Positions 18,744 through 25,614 of a stretch of 25,614 bases of DNA are shown here, piece by piece (position 1 is the first letter of the stretch; every line of letters begins with the position of its first letter). The stretch is from an uncultured Oligoflexus sp. Its GTDB lineage: Bacteria > Bdellovibrionota_B > Oligoflexia > Oligoflexales > Oligoflexaceae. The notes under the pieces are model-generated. The model searched no databases, was not told where the DNA came from, and saw nothing but the letters and a program-made list of their open reading frames with translations. Both the position numbers and the translations under genes were made by a program. The DNA lies in the NCBI GenBank assembly GCA_964236955.1, contig CAXSGP010000064.1:1-25614 (forward strand). Reading direction: 5' to 3'.

Positions 18744-20039
18744 CTATTCAAATGGATCGTAAGCATCGAAATATTCGATGGTGTCGGCAAATGTAAATGC
18801 AAAAGCATTCGGCCCCGTCACGAGCGACCAGACAAAATCAGCAGGACCCTTGGTGTCGGCATTCAACTGCAGACTGCCTAAATCCTCGACAAGCTTGGTG
18901 GCGAGATGACTTTGGCTCCAGTCAAGACCCGCATATTGGTGGCAACCGATGCAATTTGTTCTTTGATTGTTGGCGCCAAACTCAAGAAAGGGATTACTGC
19001 ACCAGTTGGAGCTTGGCTGTTCTTGGATGAGTCGGGCGATCGCTGCAAGGTCCTCTTGCCCCTCTTTAACTCCCGGATGTTCAAATGGAGATTGAAAAGA
19101 GTGAGCGGTACAGAGCTGGTAATGCCGCCATCGATCCCGCATGGGCAGGGGTTGATCGCTGCTTAGCGGCTGCTCCGCTTTTGGGGTGAGCCAGAGGGAG
19201 CCCCAAAGCCACTGATTGGGAAACCGAATGATCAGATGCAGGCCGACCAGATGGAAGACCTTGTTGCTGGCGTTTCGTATGGAAAGGGAATCACCTGGAT
19301 TCGGCAGCCAGTCCCCTTCACTGGTCCAAGCCTCCCGCTCAAATTGTGACCTTAACCCGGGTTCATCGCTTGTAAAGGAATTGATTTGGAAACCATCACC
19401 GGTGCGCCGCCAGGCGGTCTTTATAAAAGCGGCAGCTTCAGGAAATTGAAAGGACGGGCAGCTGTCGCGACGGGCCGATCGAAAGCAATTATATATGTCT
19501 TGATAGTGGCTCAGCATATAGAACAGCGCCTGGCGATTGAACAGTATGCGTTCTACGCTAGGAACCGCTTGACCTTTGGCCTTATCGGCTGCCGCTTGAA
19601 ACCATTTTGAAATCCGATCCGTCTCCGCCAGCCGACTTTCGCCGGATTGAAAATTGGTAATGGCTGCGTTGATGGCAACGGGAGAAAGCCTGCTTCTCGC
19701 CAGGCGTTGTTCTTTACTGAGCCGCGAGTAAAGGGACAAGAAAATTTTTCCAAGGTCATCCTCCCCATACCAGTTCTGCCAGTTGAGGAGGGCCGACGAT
19801 GGCTCAAGGGGGTCCAGGAGAAAATTGAGAAGGTTCCATGTGGATTGACGTTGATAGCGCCAGTCACTGACAAGTTTGGCTTCTTCTATGTTTTGTAAGA
19901 GGCTCGGGGGAATCTCGCCGCCATCGGTGAGCTCGCAACAGCTTTCGCGACGCGCTGTGAGAGGTTCAGGCTTGGGGATTTGGCCACAGGACCAAAGGCA
20001 AGGAAATAAGACTATTGAAACCAGCATTTTTACAAACAT
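18744..20039 (-). CDS. Putative lipoprotein with a single C-terminal CxxCH heme-binding motif; function unknown (431 aa)
   Basis: Signal peptide with lipobox LWS-C. TNCIGCH near the C-terminus. Conserved-looking segments IKTAW and HLVGLHL..WLWGSLW. Its stop is 22 bp before the next start. Confidence 0.65.
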   Translation of the reverse strand: MFVKMLVSIVLFPCLWSCGQIPKPEPLTARRESCCELTDGGEIPPSLLQNIEEAKLVSDWRYQRQSTWNLLNFLLDPLEPSSALLNWQNWYGEDDLGKIFLSLYSRLSKEQRLARSRLSPVAINAAITNFQSGESRLAETDRISKWFQAAADKAKGQAVPSVERILFNRQALFYMLSHYQDIYNCFRSARRDSCPSFQFPEAAAFIKTAWRRTGDGFQINSFTSDEPGLRSQFEREAWTSEGDWLPNPGDSLSIRNASNKVFHLVGLHLIIRFPNQWLWGSLWLTPKAEQPLSSDQPLPMRDRWRHYQLCTAHSFQSPFEHPGVKEGQEDLAAIARLIQEQPSSNWCSNPFLEFGANNQRTNCIGCHQYAGLDWSQSHLATKLVEDLGSLQLNADTKGPADFVWSLVTGPNAFAFTFADTIEYFDAYDPFE

Positions 20040-20655
20040 GATGGCACCCGGGCTTTTTGTGTCAGTACTAGGATAACAATCTAAGCGTCAGACAAAATGG
20101 GCAGAGTTTGCTTTGCTGTCTTGTCTTTATTGATCTCCCTCGATACAGCTACTTTCATTCGGAAATATACTTTCCGATTGCACCTGAACTCAGAGATGGA
20201 GCGTAAAAAAACAGGTTCATGGCGAGTTCATAACGCGAGCGCTTGAGCAAAAGACTATGAATAAAATGCCCCTCGTGAAGCTCCAGCGCGACGCGTTTTA
20301 TGGAGTCCTGCTCTCTGTGCATTCTTAGCGACTGCTTGATAGAACAGCGATGGAACGTTAAAAACGCGTCATTAAAAAATGGCTCCATTTTTCGCGATTT
20401 CAATAATTGACGAATGATGACTGTGGAGCTTTGCCATGTGACCCGGAATCTTCCTGAGGGAAGGACGATCCGACTTGGAAAAATTTTTAAGGACATTTCC
20501 AGTTCAAATGGGCAGCTGAAGGCAGTTTTTCGGCGGTGGATAGTTACGAGTTCGTCTCTAAAATCGGCTGGCTTTCTTTTTCCTTTATTGCAAGGGAAGA
20601 GTCAGTCGTAAATAATAGGGCATGATCCATCCGACTCTATGTCCAAAGGAAGCTT

Positions 20656-21519
20656 ATGAAAAGTATTATGCTTACACTCGGGATATTCGCGTCTGCGCTA
20701 TCCCTGTCTTTGCCCGCCTATAGTTTCCCGAGCATTCATCGCTCCCTGGATTTTTCTGGATCGACTTCTCAGGACTTTTCGACGGCCTATGACTTTGAAG
20801 GTATCATCGGCCTATCGGGCTGTTCGGGCAGTTTGATTCGTTTCGAGGACAGTCTGGATACCGACCAGGCTATCATCCTGACCAATGGGCATTGTGTAAA
20901 AATTATTCCGCCTGGCGTGGTTTTGACCAATCAAAAAGCTTTGCGCACGGTCGATATCCTCGATTCGAAGGCCAAGCGCCTCGGCTCGATTACCACTCAG
21001 AAATTGATTTACGCGACAATGACCCGAACCGATATCGCACTCTATCAGGTAAAGGAAACCTATGCTGATATCCGGACGAAATTCTCGGTGGAGGCCTTGA
21101 CCCTCTCGAGCCAACAGCTGCCGGTCGGTGGTGCCATTGAGGTAATATCAGGCTACTGGAAACGCGGCTATTCCTGTGCGATCGAGGCGATGGTGCCCAG
21201 CCTTCAGGAAGGCGATTGGTTCTTTGAAGGGAGCCTACGCTATAGCCGACCTGGATGTGCTGTCATTGGCGGTACCTCGGGTTCGCCCGTATTGGAAGCC
21301 GGTACCCGCAAGGTCGTGGCGATCAATAACACGATCAACGAGAGCGGTAAACGCTGCGAAGTCAATAATCCTTGCGAGGTCCTCGCCGATGGTGGGGTGT
21401 TGTTTGAAAAAGGCTACGGCTATGCCCAGGAAACAGTTTGGGTCTACGGCTGCAGAAACGCGGCAGGAGTCTTTGATCTAAACGTCGAAGGTTGCCAATT
21501 GCCAAAGCCTGCCTTGTAG
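20656..21519 (+). CDS. Secreted trypsin-like serine protease (287 aa)
   Basis: Signal peptide, GCSGSL, and catalytic triad motifs LTNGHC, RTDIALY and GGTSGSPV. AAGGA RBS. Several paired Cys. Confidence 0.9.
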   Translation: MKSIMLTLGIFASALSLSLPAYSFPSIHRSLDFSGSTSQDFSTAYDFEGIIGLSGCSGSLIRFEDSLDTDQAIILTNGHCVKIIPPGVVLTNQKALRTVDILDSKAKRLGSITTQKLIYATMTRTDIALYQVKETYADIRTKFSVEALTLSSQQLPVGGAIEVISGYWKRGYSCAIEAMVPSLQEGDWFFEGSLRYSRPGCAVIGGTSGSPVLEAGTRKVVAINNTINESGKRCEVNNPCEVLADGGVLFEKGYGYAQETVWVYGCRNAAGVFDLNVEGCQLPKPAL

Positions 21520-21552
21520 GCTGCTTCTAGAGGGAAACGGGAACTTCTATTG

Positions 21553-21594
21553 GTGTGCAGGGATCGCCTTTTTTTTAGGCGGGCCACTGCACAC
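21553..21594 (+). terminator. Stem-loop downstream of the protease gene
   Basis: GTGTGCAG....CGCCT-(T run)-AGGCG.....CTGCACAC, 33 nt after the stop codon. Confidence 0.55.
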
Positions 21595-21903
21595 GATTTG
21601 CTACCCTCACCGCGTGTTCACTGATATCCCATCGAGGATTCCCCACCGCTCCCTTATTCCTTATTCCAAGTCGATCCTTCAGCAACGAATATCACCCTAG
21701 TTTCGCTTCTGATCGAGCTTTATGGCTGCTATCGGGCCAAGGCTTTCCTCATGACGAGTTTGGAATACAGTATTTCGCATGAACTGCGTATTCAGTTTGA
21801 ACTGTCGCGTGCAAAGGAATACTTTAGCTTTCAACAATGACTAAACGGAAGCGTGAGTTCCCTTCCCTCCCAGCGAGCGCTCCATCGTTATAATGAGTGA
21901 TTC

Positions 21904-23955
21904 ATGACGAAATACAATCGACGTAGTTTTTTTACCCTAGTAAGTTCTGTCGCTTCGACGGTGGCCTGCGGCGCCGTGGGAATAGGGCGGTCCACGGGTG
22001 CTTCGGATAAGGCCGCGGCGGAGTTTGATTATATCGTCGTCGGGTCGGGAGCCGGGGGAGGGCCTCTGGCCGTTAACCTCGCTCGTGCCGGCTTTAAGAC
22101 CCTGCTTCTGGAGGCAGGCACCGATCAGGGTTTGCGGCCGGTCTATCAGGTTCCCGCCTTTCATACCCAGTCGACGGAAGACTCGGAAATGGCTTGGGAT
22201 TTCTATGTCGATCACTTTCTCAAAGCGAAAGATAATCAAGCGGATAGCAAGTACATCCCCGGCAAAGGCATTCTCTATCCCCGGGCCGGTACGGTCGGCG
22301 GCTGCACGGCGCATAACGCGATGATCACAGTTTACCCGCTAAAAAAAGACTGGGATCAGTTGGGTGAAGATGTAGGCGATGAATCCTACAACGGTGACAC
22401 GATGCGAAAGTATTTTCAACTCTGTGAGAATGCCGCTTACTCAAAGTTATCTGAGCGTAAAAAAGGCTGGTTGCCCGTCAATCTCGTGTCGCCGCTCTTG
22501 ATTTTAAACGACAAGGGCATACTTGCTCTTATATTCTCCGCCTGGCGCAAGATTCGGAAGGACACCAGCACTCACATTTCAGCGATTCAATCTATCCTGC
22601 AGCTTCTGACCAATCAGGATACCAACGCAGATACGGAGGCAAGGGATAGCGATGAAGGCCTCGTTATGATCCCAACTGCGACGACGGCCGAGGGCAAACG
22701 TTTTTCGACCCGTGATTTGATCATGAAGCAGCTTGGAAAAAACCTGACTCTACGGAGCAGCTGCCTCGTCACCAAAGTCCTTTTTGATGAAACGGGCGGA
22801 ACCCCTCAAGCTACCGGTGTGGAATACATTGTCGGCGACAGGATCTATCAGGCGAGCAAAGATCCCAAGCCAGCCTCAAGTCGCCGAAGCCGGGCATTCG
22901 CCAGGCATGATGTGATACTTGCCGGAGGTACTTTCAATACGCCTCAGCTGCTTATGGCTTCGGGGATAGGTCCGGAGGCGGAACTTAACCGCTTCCGCGC
23001 GAGCCATCCCGGCTATCGCGTGATTTTGGACAGACCGGGGGTAGGCGCGAATCTTCAGGATCGCTATGAAGTCACAGTTGTTTCGAAAAACGCCAAGCCC
23101 ATCGATCTGGTCAAGGACTGTCAGTTTAAAGGTGATGAATCCGACCCCTGCTTTTCCCAATGGAAGAGCGGGAGCGGCCCCTATACCTCCAATGGCGCCA
23201 TTATCGGAATGTTTAAAAAGTCAAAGCCTGAACTTGATCATCCGGATCTGTTCCTGTTCCTCCTGCCGACTGATTTTCACGGCTATTTCCCTGGCTATTC
23301 GAAGACTGTTGCAGAGGCAAAGAATTTCACCACATGGGCTATCCTTAAGACCCACAGTCACAACCGAGGAGGGCGCGTTCAACTCAAAGACCTTGATCCT
23401 ACCAGTCGTCCACTTATCAACTTCAGATATTATGAAGACGGGACCGACGAGAACGACAATGCGGTCGGAGGCGACATTGACGCTGAGAATAGCGATCTGG
23501 AAGCCGTTATGAAAGGGGTCGAATTTGTTCGGGAGATTAATCAGGAGGCCAGCGTAAGCTTGGCGTTATTGGATATAGTGTCGGAACTGCCGGACGCCGC
23601 TGCGGGCTTACTCCATCCCTACTTTGAAGAAACGATTCCGGGCAAGACTATCAACAAAAAGGATAAATTGCGCGATTGGGTAAGACGCAACTCCTGGGGT
23701 CATCATGCTTGCGGTACGTGCAAGATGGGCAAGGAAAATGATCCCATGGCCGTCGTCAACAGTAAGTTTGAAGTGATTGGCGTGAAGAACCTGCGCATCG
23801 TGGATGCTTCAATTTTCCCCCGAATTCCCGGGTATTTCATCGCATCATCAATCTATACCATGAGCGAGCGGGCCACCGATGAGATCCTCGATGCAAGAGG
23901 CTATGCAAGACGCATAGCTGTCTCGGCGCCGGAATCAGTCCCTGTGGAAATCTAG
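21904..23955 (+). CDS. GMC-family FAD oxidoreductase (choline dehydrogenase-like) with a Tat/lipoprotein signal (683 aa)
   Basis: Twin-arginine NRRSFF and lipobox-like TVA-C. FAD motif DYIVVGSGAGGG..LLEAG. Further motifs PRAGTVGGCTAHNAMI, GGTFNTPQLLMASGIG, GVGANLQD, HHACGTCKMG and LRIVDASIFP. Confidence 0.92.
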   Translation: MTKYNRRSFFTLVSSVASTVACGAVGIGRSTGASDKAAAEFDYIVVGSGAGGGPLAVNLARAGFKTLLLEAGTDQGLRPVYQVPAFHTQSTEDSEMAWDFYVDHFLKAKDNQADSKYIPGKGILYPRAGTVGGCTAHNAMITVYPLKKDWDQLGEDVGDESYNGDTMRKYFQLCENAAYSKLSERKKGWLPVNLVSPLLILNDKGILALIFSAWRKIRKDTSTHISAIQSILQLLTNQDTNADTEARDSDEGLVMIPTATTAEGKRFSTRDLIMKQLGKNLTLRSSCLVTKVLFDETGGTPQATGVEYIVGDRIYQASKDPKPASSRRSRAFARHDVILAGGTFNTPQLLMASGIGPEAELNRFRASHPGYRVILDRPGVGANLQDRYEVTVVSKNAKPIDLVKDCQFKGDESDPCFSQWKSGSGPYTSNGAIIGMFKKSKPELDHPDLFLFLLPTDFHGYFPGYSKTVAEAKNFTTWAILKTHSHNRGGRVQLKDLDPTSRPLINFRYYEDGTDENDNAVGGDIDAENSDLEAVMKGVEFVREINQEASVSLALLDIVSELPDAAAGLLHPYFEETIPGKTINKKDKLRDWVRRNSWGHHACGTCKMGKENDPMAVVNSKFEVIGVKNLRIVDASIFPRIPGYFIASSIYTMSERATDEILDARGYARRIAVSAPESVPVEI

Positions 23956-23978
23956 ATCGGCAGGGAAGGTGATCAAAG

Positions 23979-24007
23979 AGGCCCTGAAGCTTTTGAGTTC
24001 AGGGCCT
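23979..24007. terminator. Hairpin between the convergent GMC and CotH genes
   Basis: Perfect 10-bp stem AGGCCCTGAA with TTCAGGGCCT. Confidence 0.6.
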
Positions 24008-24040
24008 TCCCCTCCTCCGGTGGCCAGGGTCGAACCCAGA

Positions 24041-25402
24041 TTAGCCCGGACAATCCAGGGCCTTAACGGCATCATCCAGCCAGGCGGTTCTGAGACTGAT
24101 CCACGATTTCAGAGCATCTTTCTCCTCATTCCAGGTCGCCAGCCAATAGGGATTCGGCCATAGATATTTTCCGAGGCTCGGCCATCTCGCAAAGTTATGG
24201 ACTGTCAGAGGCGCCATGATCGTGGCCTGCTGATCGATCCCATTAAATGCGGTGGCGTTGGATAGGGAGCCGTCCTTACGTGCTGAAGTCCATCGCTTTT
24301 TCACAGCCGTGCAGAAGCTTGGGTGAGAGAGCAGGGGACCAAACCAAACGCCTTTTTCAAGAGCGCGCCAGCCCGTATATTGTGCACCATTTTCATGAGC
24401 GGCATTGCCATAGGCGATGTTAAAGTCCCAGACGGGCCCAAAGTAGATTTTACCCTTAGGTGGAATATAGAAACTGGAACTTAAGCGATAACCATCAATA
24501 TTTCTTGAAAATTCCTGCATGATGAAAAAATCGACGGCCGATGGGAGGTCGAGCCTATCCTCAAAAATGGTTTTCCACTTTGGCCCCGATGCCGCACTCA
24601 CACGGGCCTCCACATCATTGAAAATGGCCATAAACTCTGCGCTTTGCTCGGGCGTTATCTTATCGGCTGAAGGGTATTCGAGAATAAGTTCGGTGTCGCG
24701 GCCAGCCCACACACTATTATCGCCATCATGCCAATGGTCGAAGGTCGCGAGAAAGGAGGTGCCATGTTCATTTTTCTTTGGAATCTCAATGCGCCCTTCG
24801 CCAAAACTATTTTTTTCTGTGATGACATAGATGCCCATCTCCTCGGGCGGTTGATTCTTAAGGTTCAGAACCAGGCTGACGATACGGGTTCTCGGGGCAT
24901 GGCGACCCAGCAGATTGCTGAGATTATAGGTGAGGATATCTCTTAGCAGACTCTTGTCGTTATAAGGAGCAGAGATCACCCAGTCTTCAGCCGCCGGCAT
25001 CCCGAGAATTGAGAGCGGCGCGCCCTTGCCTTGGGCATTGACAATCGTGAAGCCATACTGTTTTTTTGGAAAATCGAGTGAGGTGAATCCGCGCAGTTTT
25101 ATCGTTATTTTTCGGTCGGTAAGGACTTCACCGTTATTGTCAGCGATCGAGAAGCTTGCATCCACTTTTTCCTTCGAGGTAGGAGCTTCATCAAGTTCCA
25201 CGTTGAGGATATAGGGCTGCGTCTGCAGAAAAAAAGCTTCTTTTAGGGGACCGGTTGTATGAGCCTTCCATTCGAGGATTGCAAAGTCGGGATTCTGTAG
25301 ATTTGGCTCACTCGCTTTGGTTCTGGAATCTGTGGGAAGGGTCCGGCAGGCCAGGGGCGCGCTAAGCAGCAAAGCCGACAAAATCAGATCCCTATTTTTC
25401 AT
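24041..25402 (-). CDS. CotH-family kinase lipoprotein (453 aa)
   Basis: ATG 25402 has GGAG upstream. Lipobox PLA-C. Motifs IKLRGFTS..FPKKQY, LGMP..DWV...YNDKSLLR, MGIYVITE, NIDGY and GPVWDFNIAYGN. Confidence 0.9.
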   Translation of the reverse strand: MKNRDLILSALLLSAPLACRTLPTDSRTKASEPNLQNPDFAILEWKAHTTGPLKEAFFLQTQPYILNVELDEAPTSKEKVDASFSIADNNGEVLTDRKITIKLRGFTSLDFPKKQYGFTIVNAQGKGAPLSILGMPAAEDWVISAPYNDKSLLRDILTYNLSNLLGRHAPRTRIVSLVLNLKNQPPEEMGIYVITEKNSFGEGRIEIPKKNEHGTSFLATFDHWHDGDNSVWAGRDTELILEYPSADKITPEQSAEFMAIFNDVEARVSAASGPKWKTIFEDRLDLPSAVDFFIMQEFSRNIDGYRLSSSFYIPPKGKIYFGPVWDFNIAYGNAAHENGAQYTGWRALEKGVWFGPLLSHPSFCTAVKKRWTSARKDGSLSNATAFNGIDQQATIMAPLTVHNFARWPSLGKYLWPNPYWLATWNEEKDALKSWISLRTAWLDDAVKALDCPG

Positions 25403-25614
25403 GCAATCTCCCTGTCCCATGTGTTTCCACAATATAGCATGGAAGAGGCCGGCAACAATACCGAGGGTGAAGCTTCCGATGGCGCAAGTCTGGCGGAACA
25501 GGATGCGGTCGAAGCCATAGTCGACGAGATGCTCGAGAATAATGTCTTTGGCCGATTGCAGGCTAGGGGCTGTTGACGTTTGGCTACGCCAACGTCGAAC
25601 ATCCCCAGTAACGC

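Noticed and set aside
20155..20496. 113-aa ORF in the divergent intergenic region
   Set aside because: It has no recognisable motif or clear RBS. The region more plausibly holds divergent promoters, though a small gene cannot be excluded.
25403..25614. Open frame continuing upstream of CotH to the window edge, plus short ORFs on both strands
   Set aside because: The RBS and signal peptide at 25402 mark the likely start. The upstream translation is not recognisably protein-like and is cut by the window edge.

Overview
A gene-dense bacterial chromosomal window with 15 apparently intact protein-coding genes (the first is cut by the window edge) and one probable pseudogene. I found no rRNA, tRNA, CRISPR array, transposase or integrase. 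In order, the genes encode: a Bcr/CflA MFS exporter (5'-partial); a PI-PLC-like lipoprotein with a C-terminal beta/gamma-crystallin module; a membrane hybrid histidine kinase (MASE1-like, 3 PAS, HisKA, HATPase, REC); a GH5 lipoprotein; an HTH-WYL-WCX regulator; a lipoprotein with a DUF642/galactose-binding-like domain; a MaeB-type malic enzyme lacking the PTA domain; a lipoprotein alpha/beta-hydrolase; a small lipoprotein; a pseudo-receiver-TPR protein; an N-terminally broken Hint domain; a two-gene operon of exported CxxCH proteins; a trypsin-like protease; a Tat-exported GMC oxidoreductase; and a CotH-family kinase lipoprotein. Ten of the 15 genes carry lipoprotein or secretion signals. This style suggests a predatory lineage such as Bdellovibrionota/Oligoflexia, which is inference only. 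The most notable observations are: (1) an uncharacterised exported two-cytochrome operon (cytochrome c plus beta-propeller, and a monoheme lipoprotein); (2) an orphan, frameshifted Hint domain directly downstream of it; (3) a 127-bp ERIC-like palindromic element bounded by CTAG that abuts the WYL stop codon, with a third arm one period away that allows alternative folds; and (4) a near-consensus sigma-28 promoter before the pseudo-receiver-TPR gene, with weaker matches before three other genes. All family assignments come from motif recognition by eye; no database search was run.
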